Shown here: positions 25,854 to 33,502 of the stretch, piece after piece | Layout: each line of letters begins with the position of its first letter | How positions within the stretch are numbered: the first letter of the stretch is position 1 | From: a virus | Lineage: Duplodnaviria; Caudoviricetes | DNA length: 33,502 bases | IMG/VR virus record: IMGVR_UViG_3300048855_000221 | Coordinates: 1 to 33,502 of that record | Reading direction: 5' to 3' (one strand) | Notes under the pieces: generated by a model | Databases searched by the model: none | What the model saw: only the letters and a program-made list of their open reading frames with translations | Told to the model about the DNA's origin: nothing | Translations under genes and position numbers: made by a program

Positions 25854-27845
25854 ATGGCGGCAATCCCTCTGCCCGATGAGATCTGGGCTGACTTCAATCT
25901 GGACGGAACCGTCAAGGAGCCTGCCAAGCAGGACATCCGCCGGTGGTCGCGGTTCGTCCAGGCGCTGGCCGAATCCAACGGGATGGAGACCTACGTCAAC
26001 AAGGCGACGATGGACGCCGACACGACGCAGGACGATGGCCAAGCGGCCCTGATCTATGCCGACCCGGTCGAGACCAACAACTTCCCGACCGTCTGGATCT
26101 GGGACGACGGCGGCAACGTCTGGCTTCAGGGCACCGACCGCATCGCGTCCCTGCAGGCGCTGATCGACCCGCTGGTCGCCCAGATCACGGCGGCGGCCGA
26201 CGGGACTATCCAGTTTGCCAACGGCCTCTCGGCCGGCGGCGTCGACCTGAAAGCCATCAGCAACATCTATTGGGAATGGGCGATCGTCTCGACCGGCTGG
26301 GGCGTGATCTTCGGTCGCCGCGGCAGCGACCCGATCAACGGCGACGCCGCAGGGAAATACTTCCTGGTCGGCGAGGAGGTTGGCGTTCTGTCGGACGCGC
26401 AGATTGCCCAGGTCGAATCGCTGATCGGAGCATCCGGCAGCATCTCCGACGCCGAGCTGACGCCGACCGGGCTCAATGCCGGCGCGCTGATCGAGTATGG
26501 GGCCGAAGGCACGCGGACGGTCTATGACCCGGCGCCCTACGACTTCACCCAGGTCTGGCCGCGCCAGAACGCCAAGCGCGACATGGCGCTGACCACGCGG
26601 CCCTACATGATCTCGTCCACCCCGGTCGCGGTGAGCGGCGCCCTTGCGCTGGCGGTGCCGTCCTCGCCGGAGTTCTTGTTCATCATCCCGGTGAACGGCC
26701 AGAGCCTTGCCGTCGGCTTCAGGGGCAACCCGCTGTCAGGCGGCATGCTGGTCAACCCGTATCCAGACCGGATCCTGAAGGTCTCCGGCCTCGACGTGCG
26801 GCTCGGCCGGCCTTCGGATGCCGGCACCATCCCGGCGCTGGACCCGAACACGATCACCGATTTCGGCCCGCTGGTCTCCATGACCGGCACGGGCGGCGCC
26901 GACTATGGCGTGACGGTGTGCGAGGGCATCGGCGCCGGCATCCTGGCGCAGCTCGATACCGTGATGGCCGTCAAGCCGCGCATCCTCTTCTACGTCATCG
27001 GCGAGGGCGGGACGCCGTACAGCGGCCTCGCGAAGGGTACGCAGCCCTACACCGACGACATGGCGGCGATGACCAAGATCTGCGCCATCGCCCAGGCGAA
27101 GGGGTGGACGCCGGTCGCGCTCTGCACGGTGCTGAAGCATGGCGAGGCCGACGGCGCCAGCCTGACCTATGCCGCCGACCTCGCGCAGTGGCAGGCCGAC
27201 AAGGAAGCTGATTACCAAGCGATCACCGGTCAGGTCGGTAAACACCCCCTCCTCGTTTCGCAGCCGTCGGCCTTCAGCAGCGGCAACCAGATGTCCGGCC
27301 TAGCGATGCTCCAGCAGGTCGAGACCTTCCCGGATCGCTTCGGCCTGGTCGGGCCGGACTATCCGATGCGCAACCTGTATGATCCGGACCTGACCCATTT
27401 CGTCGGTCAGGGCTACTACGACTTCGGCTACAACTATTTCGCGCCCGGTATCCTGCGGCAGTGCTTCGGCCATGGTGCGCTGGCGCTGCGGCCCAATCGA
27501 GCCGACGTGACCTGGAACGGCACGACGCTGACGATCGGCTTCCACATCCCGGTGCCGCCAATGGTCATCGACACGGTGACGATGCCGGATCCTGGCGACT
27601 ACGGCTTCACGGCAAGCGACGGCAGCGGCGATCTGCCGGTCGATACCGTCACGCTGGTGAGCGGCGGCACCAAGCTCGCCTTCACCTTCACGCGGGCTCT
27701 GGTGGGGACCGGAACACTGAAGGCCGCGCAGGTCGGCTATGTCGGCACCAAGCTGATCGCCAACCAGCCACGGACCTGCATCCGGGACAGCCGGACCGGG
27801 ACATACAAGAACTGGCTCTGCCACTTCATCCAGACCTTCTCCTGA
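25854..27845 (+). CDS. Tail fibre/spike with SGNH (SASA/CE6-like) esterase domain
   Basis: GQSLAVG, GEGG, HGEAD and DLTH blocks in the expected order; in tail module. Confidence 0.75.
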   Translation: MAAIPLPDEIWADFNLDGTVKEPAKQDIRRWSRFVQALAESNGMETYVNKATMDADTTQDDGQAALIYADPVETNNFPTVWIWDDGGNVWLQGTDRIASLQALIDPLVAQITAAADGTIQFANGLSAGGVDLKAISNIYWEWAIVSTGWGVIFGRRGSDPINGDAAGKYFLVGEEVGVLSDAQIAQVESLIGASGSISDAELTPTGLNAGALIEYGAEGTRTVYDPAPYDFTQVWPRQNAKRDMALTTRPYMISSTPVAVSGALALAVPSSPEFLFIIPVNGQSLAVGFRGNPLSGGMLVNPYPDRILKVSGLDVRLGRPSDAGTIPALDPNTITDFGPLVSMTGTGGADYGVTVCEGIGAGILAQLDTVMAVKPRILFYVIGEGGTPYSGLAKGTQPYTDDMAAMTKICAIAQAKGWTPVALCTVLKHGEADGASLTYAADLAQWQADKEADYQAITGQVGKHPLLVSQPSAFSSGNQMSGLAMLQQVETFPDRFGLVGPDYPMRNLYDPDLTHFVGQGYYDFGYNYFAPGILRQCFGHGALALRPNRADVTWNGTTLTIGFHIPVPPMVIDTVTMPDPGDYGFTASDGSGDLPVDTVTLVSGGTKLAFTFTRALVGTGTLKAAQVGYVGTKLIANQPRTCIRDSRTGTYKNWLCHFIQTFS

Positions 27846-27857
27846 GGAGCGCACAGC

Positions 27858-28580
27858 ATGGCCAGCATTCTCCGCGTCACGGACTCCAACACGGCGCTCC
27901 CTTCGGTCTTCGGCGAGAACCTTCTGGCCGCCGACCCGACTTGCATCGCCTGCTTCGATGGCAAGACGATCGGCGATCAGTCCGGGCACGGGCATAACAT
28001 GCTCGGGGTCGACGCGGGCGACTTCGGCGCCGGCGGCCTGATCCTGCCTGGCGCGGTGTCTGGGTTCAGCATCGACCTGGTGATGCCGTCCTACGACTGG
28101 ACCTTCATCGGCGCCATCAAGGTCGACAATGCCGCGGCGGCCGACGGCTACGTGATCAGCGACCTGGATCTAAGCGGCAACGTCGGCAACGCCCTGCGCT
28201 GGAATGTCGGGTCTGGCGGCCAGTATGTCGCCCAGGCGATCCCGGCCAGCGGCACAATCGTGGGGTCTACGCCGCTAACCCGTGCCAAGAACATCTGGCA
28301 TATCATGGCCTTCCGGACGATGTCGGCTCCACCTGCCGCGGCCGTCAACTTCCTGACTAGCAACACGGGCGGCAGCGCCACGTCAGCGGTCATCGGAGCG
28401 CGGAATGCTCCGCTGCGGACGCTGATGCTTGGCGACAACCGCACGTCGACCAAGGGCGTGATCGGCATCCTTGGTGTCTTCGGTGTGTTCAACACCCTGA
28501 TGTCTCAGGCGAGCATGAACGCGCGCATCGCCGACATCCGGACCGAGATGCTTCGGATCCACGGCGCCGTCATCCCGTGA
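27858..28580 (+). CDS. Beta-rich LamG/ConA-like tail-associated protein
   Basis: GAGGAG SD; DQSGHGH, WTFIGAIK, WHIMAF, LMLG, GVFNTLMS. Confidence 0.65.
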   Translation: MASILRVTDSNTALPSVFGENLLAADPTCIACFDGKTIGDQSGHGHNMLGVDAGDFGAGGLILPGAVSGFSIDLVMPSYDWTFIGAIKVDNAAAADGYVISDLDLSGNVGNALRWNVGSGGQYVAQAIPASGTIVGSTPLTRAKNIWHIMAFRTMSAPPAAAVNFLTSNTGGSATSAVIGARNAPLRTLMLGDNRTSTKGVIGILGVFGVFNTLMSQASMNARIADIRTEMLRIHGAVIP

Positions 28581-28689
28581 GGGCAAGAGCCAGGCCGGAA
28601 AGGATGGCGACAAGGAGCAGCCACACTATCGGCCGCCAATTAAGGGGGCTGTCGGTAGGATCGTCGCTGTCGTCGTCGTTGTCGAACAC
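28570..28689 (-). CDS. Candidate 39-aa membrane peptide (moron)
   Basis: GAGGG before GTG; acidic MFDNDDDSDDPTDSP then NWRPIVWLLLVAILSGLALALTG; TATTAT -10-like box at 28737-28732. Confidence 0.6.
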   Translation of the reverse strand: MFDNDDDSDDPTDSPLNWRPIVWLLLVAILSGLALALTG

Positions 28690-28760
28690 GCGACCCTCGG
28701 GCTCAGAATTCTGAGCCGAAAGCAACTGCCAATAATAGCGCGATGTCGCCGATCCGTTAC

Positions 28761-28783
28761 GCCCGCCCCGCGCGGGCTTTTTC
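28761..28783 (+). terminator. Intrinsic terminator before lysis genes
   Basis: GCCCGC CCCGC GCGGGC TTTTT. Confidence 0.7.
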
Positions 28784-28810
28784 ATGCCTGCCTGCCTAGA
28801 GGGGACCAGC

Positions 28811-29173
28811 ATGCCGGACACCGCGAAGCGTGCCGACTGGACGTACCGCATCGCCATGGCGGCCATGACGGCCGGCATCGCGTGGGGCGTGAACTGGATC
28901 GGCGACAAGGTCGACACGTTGAGCGGGCTGCCAGGGCAGGTGCGGCAGCTCGGCAACGATCAGGCGCAGCTCAAGGCGAGCGTCGAGGACGTGAAGAAGG
29001 CGCAGGAGGACGCGAAGAAAGTCCAGGACGATATGCGCCAGACGCAGTCCGGGTTCGCCACCGGCGCCCAGGTGGGCGACCTGCGCAGCGATGTCGACAA
29101 CCTGACGGGCCGGGTCGACACGATGGAAGAAACGCTCAACAGCCTGGTCAAGCCGGCGAGGCCCACGAGGTGA
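28811..29173 (+). CDS. Putative i-spanin (N-terminal TM plus coiled coil); holin-like role not excluded
   Basis: IAMAAMTAGIAWGVNWI then heptad-like helix; GTGA overlap with lipoprotein gene. Confidence 0.6.
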   Translation: MPDTAKRADWTYRIAMAAMTAGIAWGVNWIGDKVDTLSGLPGQVRQLGNDQAQLKASVEDVKKAQEDAKKVQDDMRQTQSGFATGAQVGDLRSDVDNLTGRVDTMEETLNSLVKPARPTR

Positions 29174-29463
29174 CCCGCCTGCCGGTCGTCCTCCTGCTGC
29201 TCGCCGGCTGCGGAGAGACGATCGTGGAGCGGCCCGTCATGGCGCCGGTCGACACGAGGCCGGCCAAACAGACGTTCGTGCCGAAGGCGGCGAGAGTCGA
29301 GTGCGAGCCGCCGGCGTGGGATCCGATCACGCTCCCGACCAGCGCGGCCGAGCAGGTGGCCGGCCGCCATGCGGATCGCGCCAAGGCGGAGGCGGCGATC
29401 GCCGAGTGCGAGGCGCGCCGCTCGACCGCCGTTCGGGCCGCGCGCCGCGGCGCAACCAAGTAG
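29170..29463 (+). CDS. Putative o-spanin lipoprotein
   Basis: MTRLPVVLLLLAGC lipobox; Pro-rich; ECEPP and AIAECEARR. Confidence 0.75.
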   Translation: MTRLPVVLLLLAGCGETIVERPVMAPVDTRPAKQTFVPKAARVECEPPAWDPITLPTSAAEQVAGRHADRAKAEAAIAECEARRSTAVRAARRGATK

Positions 29464-29466
29464 GAG

Positions 29467-30135
29467 ATGACGATGCTGCTGACCGACGCCGAACGCGCCG
29501 CGGTGCGCGCCCAGCTGCGCGTGGACGAGGGCTTCGTCTCGCATGCCTACCAGGACAGCCTGGGCTACTGGACGATCGGCATCGGCCGCCTGATCGACAA
29601 GCGGAAGGGCGGCGGCATCACCGAGGACGAGGCCGAGATGCTGCTCGAGCACGACCTGGCCAAGGTCGAGGGCGAGCTGCTGGGCGAGCTGCCATGGGTC
29701 GCAGGCCTGGACGGCGTGCGCAAGCAGGTGCTGGCCAACATGGCGTTCAACATGGGCATGCCGACCCTGCGGACGTTCCGAGCCACGCTGGCGGCGATCA
29801 AGGCCGGCGACTATGTCAAGGCCGCCGACCAGATGGCCGTCAGCAAATGGCATTTCCAGGTTGGCGCAAGAGCCGTGCGGCTGGAGGCGATGATGCGCAC
29901 GGGCAAGACGGGCGGTGCCACTCTGCCCCACATCGAGGCATCAATCTCGGCCCTCCAATCCGCCCTCAACCGTCTCGGCGCCAAGCCGCGGCTGCGGGTC
30001 GACGGCGACCTCGGACCGCTCACGGCGGAGGCGGTCCGGCGGTTCCAATCTGCGAACGGCCTCGTCACCAGCGGCATCGCCGACGGCGACACCTGGGAGC
30101 GGATCAGGGATGCGCTGGCGGAGCTGGATGCCTGA
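29467..30135 (+). CDS. Endolysin, T4-lysozyme-like GH24 plus C-terminal peptidoglycan-binding domain
   Basis: E-x8-D-x5-T triad in DEGFVSHAYQDSLGYWTIGIG; NMAFNMG; VDGDLGPLTAEAVRRFQSANGL. Confidence 0.93.
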   Translation: MTMLLTDAERAAVRAQLRVDEGFVSHAYQDSLGYWTIGIGRLIDKRKGGGITEDEAEMLLEHDLAKVEGELLGELPWVAGLDGVRKQVLANMAFNMGMPTLRTFRATLAAIKAGDYVKAADQMAVSKWHFQVGARAVRLEAMMRTGKTGGATLPHIEASISALQSALNRLGAKPRLRVDGDLGPLTAEAVRRFQSANGLVTSGIADGDTWERIRDALAELDA

Positions 30136-30227
30136 ATCCACCAGAGCGAATCGGCCCCGAAAGCCGCAGGAGCGCTAGGCTTTACCCCCTGAATCCACCC
30201 TGAATCCGGGTCGAGGAAATCGGCCCC
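30131..30227. repeat. Short direct repeats after endolysin
   Basis: CCTGAATCCACC at 30131 and 30188, CCTGAATCC at 30199; AATCGGCCCC at 30149 and 30218. Confidence 0.7.
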
Positions 30228-30231
30228 TTCC

Positions 30232-30253
30232 GCCCGCCTCGCGCGGGCTTTTT
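30232..30253 (+). terminator. Intrinsic terminator, near-copy of 28761-28782
   Basis: GCCCGCCTCGCGCGGGCTTTTT, 21/22 identical. Confidence 0.7.
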
Positions 30254-30275
30254 GCTGTCCAAGGAGGGCAGACCC

Positions 30276-30929
30276 ATGGCGAACTCTCCCTATCCCGGCA
30301 TGCCGCAGACTGCCACCAAGGCCAATGTCGGCGCCCTCGTTCCGGCCGTCATCGTGCTGGTGTCCTACATCGTCGGCCGCTGGACCGGCACCATCGCGCT
30401 GCCGAGCGACGCCGAGTTGTCCGGCGCGATCGGCGCGATCATCACCGCGGCAGTGTCCTACGGGCTGGGCTGGCTCGCGATCTACCTGCCATCGAACAAG
30501 CCGGTCGACAGCGCCGGGAACCGCATGCGGTCGCACCCGGTCGCGACGCTCTTCGCCTTCGCGCTGGCGCTTCTCTTTCTTGGTGGCGGCTTGGTCGGCT
30601 GTGCGTCTGTGGGCGTGGGCAGCGACGCGACGATCAAGCAGCGAGTGGACGCCGCAAGGGTGGATCTCGCCACCGCCAGCCTGTTCGTCGACCTCTACGC
30701 CGCCTTTCCGCGCTGCGGAGAAGGAGTGCCGCAGCCCTGCAGCAACCAGAACGTCGTCGCCCTGCTGGTCAAGGGCCGGGTCGCTGCTGATGCGGCTCTG
30801 GATGCTGTGGACGCGCTGATCGCTGCGGGGTCGCCGATGGAACAGATCCTGGCGGCGTTGCTCGAGGCGCAGAAGGCGGTGCGATTGATCGAGAATCTGC
30901 GGGCGAATGCAGCGGCGGCGCACGTCTGA
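30276..30929 (+). CDS. Holin-like membrane domain fused to a lipoprotein domain, 217 aa
   Basis: AAGGAGG SD; two TM segments ending YLPSNKP, then MRSHPVATLFAFALALLFLGGGLVGC lipobox and a helical domain with two Cys. Confidence 0.7.
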   Translation: MANSPYPGMPQTATKANVGALVPAVIVLVSYIVGRWTGTIALPSDAELSGAIGAIITAAVSYGLGWLAIYLPSNKPVDSAGNRMRSHPVATLFAFALALLFLGGGLVGCASVGVGSDATIKQRVDAARVDLATASLFVDLYAAFPRCGEGVPQPCSNQNVVALLVKGRVAADAALDAVDALIAAGSPMEQILAALLEAQKAVRLIENLRANAAAAHV

Positions 30930-30960
30930 GACTGAAGCCGCTCAAGCGGCGCCTCATCGC

Positions 30961-31230
30961 CTATGGCCGACCGGCGGCTCTGCGGCACGCATCCTCCGCG
31001 GCCCGCTCGATATCTCCGTAATCCGACCCCGGTTCGGGCGCATCGATCCACATGATGCGGACCACGCCGGCGCGGTCGGTCTTGTACCGCGCGCGATAGG
31101 AGCCGCAGACGACAGAGCCGCCGCCATAGCCGGACGGCTCGACGGTCCAGTCCTCGGCATCGCGACAATCAGGCATGTGTTTGCACCAGAGTTCGAGCCG
31201 CCCGGTTCGGCTCGGCACGTCCTTGCGCAA
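30961..31230 (-). CDS. Hypothetical protein, start uncertain
   Basis: Open frame convergent on the lysis module, downstream of the REC gene; no motif recognised. Confidence 0.4.
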   Translation of the reverse strand: MRKDVPSRTGRLELWCKHMPDCRDAEDWTVEPSGYGGGSVVCGSYRARYKTDRAGVVRIMWIDAPEPGSDYGDIERAAEDACRRAAGRP

Positions 31231-31266
31231 TACATAGCGGACATCTGAGGCAGCGGCGAGATTCGT

Positions 31267-31629
31267 TCATCTGATAAGGCTAGTCGCCAGCGCCTGTAGG
31301 TCAGGCGTGCTAAACGGCTTCTTGAGCACGGGCCGCACGACAAAGCGGGGGTCAATCTGGTCCTTCGGGCGGGAGGAGACGAACGCGAAGGGTATGCCTC
31401 GCTCTGCCAGTACCTCCGCCGCAGGGAAGACCTCTTCGCCGCCCGCCAGTTCGATGTCCAACAGCGCTGCGTTGAACTTCTTCGCCTTAGCGACTTCGAC
31501 CGCGTCCGCCAATCTCGGCACCGGGCCGATGATTTGGAAGCCGGCTGCGGTCAATGCATCCTCAATGAGTGCGGCGATAAAAAATTCGTCCTCAACGACA
31601 AGGATCGTCGGTTTGTCGTCGTCTTCCAT
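31267..31629 (-). CDS. Single-domain response regulator (REC), SdrG-like
   Basis: ILVVEDE, AALLDIEL (phospho-Asp), RGIPFAFVSS, KKPF; purine-rich SD before ATG 31629. Confidence 0.9.
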   Translation of the reverse strand: MEDDDKPTILVVEDEFFIAALIEDALTAAGFQIIGPVPRLADAVEVAKAKKFNAALLDIELAGGEEVFPAAEVLAERGIPFAFVSSRPKDQIDPRFVVRPVLKKPFSTPDLQALATSLIR

Positions 31630-31830
31630 GGATGCTTCCCCTTCCCAGTTGCGCCTCCGTAGCCAACAAGGCGGAAGGGGGAACATGTATGTACGATTCT
31701 TGCTTTTCGTGAAAAAAGGCGCGAGCAGCCCGACCCGGAACATGGTGAGGGGGGATCCGGGCCGGGCCCGAGCGCTGGGTGTCGAGAGCGGCGCTCGCGG
31801 CTATCGGACTGCTATCGTAAGTAGAAGAAC

Positions 31831-31852
31831 AGGGGTGACGGCACCCCTTTTT
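31831..31852 (+). terminator. Intrinsic terminator-like hairpin
   Basis: AGGGGTG ACGG CACCCCT TTTT. Confidence 0.6.
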
Positions 31853-32053
31853 GGATCTCGCGGCCGGATGTCGGAGGCGAAGGGCCCGCCAGAGCGGGGC
31901 TCTCATGTTAGGTGGGTGCGTGACAAGCAGCATCGCGGTGCAGCTCTACTCGGCGGCGACGGCCAAAACAGGCTATTAATTTTTCCACAGAGATATTAAT
32001 GTGGCCTCCGTGGCGTCGCCGCGGCGGATCGCGGCCGTCGATTGGAGGGTTGG

Positions 32054-33502
32054 ATGGCTATCAGCAACGAGATGCGCCGACTCCAGGCACGCTGGAATAG
32101 CGGCGGTGGCTGGCCGAAGCGTCTAGAGGCGCTTGAGATTAATAATATTCGGGGCTGGAAGGGGCAGAAGGTCGAATTCAAATTTCCTATCGTTGCAATT
32201 GTCGGAGAGAACGGCTCCGGGAAAAGTTCCATCATCCAAGCTGCAGCAAGTGTCTATAAGGGGCGCAATAAGAAATTTACGCGGTTTGCTTCTGATTTTT
32301 TTCCGAGAACGGCATGGGATGATTTTCGAAACGCACAGATCCGATATTCCTATAGGGAAGGAGAATCGTCACGATCTGGAATTGTTAGAAAGCCCACTAC
32401 GCGTTGGCTTGGCAACGATGAGCGGCCAACCCGCGATGTCGACTATGTTGACCTGCGGCGCATACAGCCGGTCGCCGCTCGCGTTGGATATTCAAAAATT
32501 GCCAAAAGTACACACACGGAGACATCCGCTACCGAATTTGAACAACGCCGTGTTGAGCGACTCTCTACCATTATGGGGCGGAGTTATCGGGCCGCAAAAA
32601 TGGCCCTTAGCAGCGTAGATCCGAAGAGGAAGATCCCCGTGCTAACTGTGGAAGGCCACTCGTATTCTGGCTTTCATCAAGGCACCGGAGAAACCACCAT
32701 GCTCGAATTTCTCCAGACGGATATCAACGAATATGGAATGTTGATTATTGACGAGATTGAAACGTCGCTGCACCCAAGATCCCAGCGTCGCCTTATACGC
32801 GCCCTCGCAGAGATCTGCCGTGAGCGGCAAGCGCAGATCATCGTCACGACTCACTCCCCCTATGTCCTTGACGAGCTGCCGCTTGAGGCTCGGCTCTATA
32901 TTTTAGGGCGAGGCGAAAGTCGGCAGATTGTTAGCGGCGTTAGCGCAAATTTCGCTATGACAGAGATGGACGAAGAGACCTATCCTGATTGCGAGGTTTT
33001 CGTCGAAGATGAAGCTGCTAAGGCTCTATTCATCGAGGTGCTTTCAAATTGGGGAAGGGAGTTCGCGCGCCGCTGCCGTGTTATTCCGTTCGGCGCGGCG
33101 AATCTCGGCCGTTCATTAGGTGAGATCGCCGCTGGCAACCGCTTCCCACGGCCGACATGTGTCTATTTGGACGGCGACAATGCGCCTGCAAGAGGATGCA
33201 CGCTTTTGCCAGGCGATGATGCGCCCGAGCGTGTCGTGTTCGAGGCGTTGAGTGCCATCAACTGGGGAGCCTTGTATCACAGACTCGGAAGGGATTTTGC
33301 CCAAGTGGCTGATGCGTGCAGCATGGCAATGACTCACGATGACCATCACCAATGGGTGTCCGCCGCAGGGAGCGCATTGCTGATTCCAGGGCAGCACTTG
33401 TGGCAGGCGATGTGCTCAGTCTGGGCAGCGGACTGCCTCGATGCGGATGAGGCGCGTAGAGTTTTACAGCCCATTGAGGACGCCCTGATCGGTCAAAGGT
33501 AG
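32054..33502 (+). CDS. ABC-type ATPase fused to TOPRIM domain (OLD-like ATP-dependent nuclease)
   Basis: GENGSGKS, signature-like HQGTGE, IIDEIETSLHP, TTHSP; TOPRIM VFVEDE and YLDGD; GGAGG SD. Confidence 0.85.
   Translation: MAISNEMRRLQARWNSGGGWPKRLEALEINNIRGWKGQKVEFKFPIVAIVGENGSGKSSIIQAAASVYKGRNKKFTRFASDFFPRTAWDDFRNAQIRYSYREGESSRSGIVRKPTTRWLGNDERPTRDVDYVDLRRIQPVAARVGYSKIAKSTHTETSATEFEQRRVERLSTIMGRSYRAAKMALSSVDPKRKIPVLTVEGHSYSGFHQGTGETTMLEFLQTDINEYGMLIIDEIETSLHPRSQRRLIRALAEICRERQAQIIVTTHSPYVLDELPLEARLYILGRGESRQIVSGVSANFAMTEMDEETYPDCEVFVEDEAAKALFIEVLSNWGREFARRCRVIPFGAANLGRSLGEIAAGNRFPRPTCVYLDGDNAPARGCTLLPGDDAPERVVFEALSAINWGALYHRLGRDFAQVADACSMAMTHDDHHQWVSAAGSALLIPGQHLWQAMCSVWAADCLDADEARRVLQPIEDALIGQR

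Larger units (their letters stand above)
1..30929. mobile_element. Temperate siphovirus prophage (may extend to or past 33502)
   Basis: Full ordered set of integration, immunity, replication, packaging, head, tail and lysis genes with no obvious broken frame. Confidence 0.95.

Noticed and set aside
25854-28580. Diversity-generating retroelement or invertible tail cassette
   Set aside because: No reverse transcriptase, invertase or template/variable repeat pair seen
30131-30227. Mini CRISPR array
   Set aside because: Repeats only 9-12 bp, irregular spacing, no cas genes
31242-31251. CATCTGAGGC identical to 8205-8214
   Set aside because: A single 10-mer match is expected by chance in 33 kb and has no partner half-site
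31348-31357. GGGTCAATCT matching 41-50 as a possible att repeat
   Set aside because: Only 10 bp, inside coding sequence, both encode Ile-Asp-Pro on the minus strand
31681-31694. GAAC-N6-GTAC as an alphaproteobacterial LexA box
   Set aside because: Spacer is 6, not the 7 of GAAC-N7-GAAC; no convincing SOS box found by eye
31760-32050. Retron msr-msd upstream of the ATPase-TOPRIM gene
   Set aside because: No long a1/a2 inverted repeat or msd stem recognised and no RT gene in the window

Overview
The window is an apparently complete, GC-rich temperate siphovirus prophage with an HK97-type head and lambda-like layout; protein style suggests an alphaproteobacterial host (inference). Order: tyrosine integrase and overlapping Xis-like HTH, small leftward early genes, a cI/cro switch with five readable 15-bp operators, a primase-helicase followed by a palindromic origin candidate, a putative late activator and terminator, HNH, cos region, terminase, portal, protease, capsid, head-tail and tail genes (with a -1 frameshift chaperone), tail tip, an SGNH/SASA esterase tail protein, an unusually ordered lysis module, and right-end cargo (single-domain response regulator, AT-rich ATPase-TOPRIM OLD-like gene). 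Most notable: a CI repressor lacking both the Ser nucleophile and the Ala-Gly cleavage site, next to a triple-hairpin RNA and an antisense 29-aa ORF; a holin fused in frame to a lipoprotein; a possible Xis-to-Int -1 frameshift; and a candidate single-gene defence nuclease. No att core, tRNA, rRNA or CRISPR array was seen. Family calls rest on motif recognition and synteny, not database searches.
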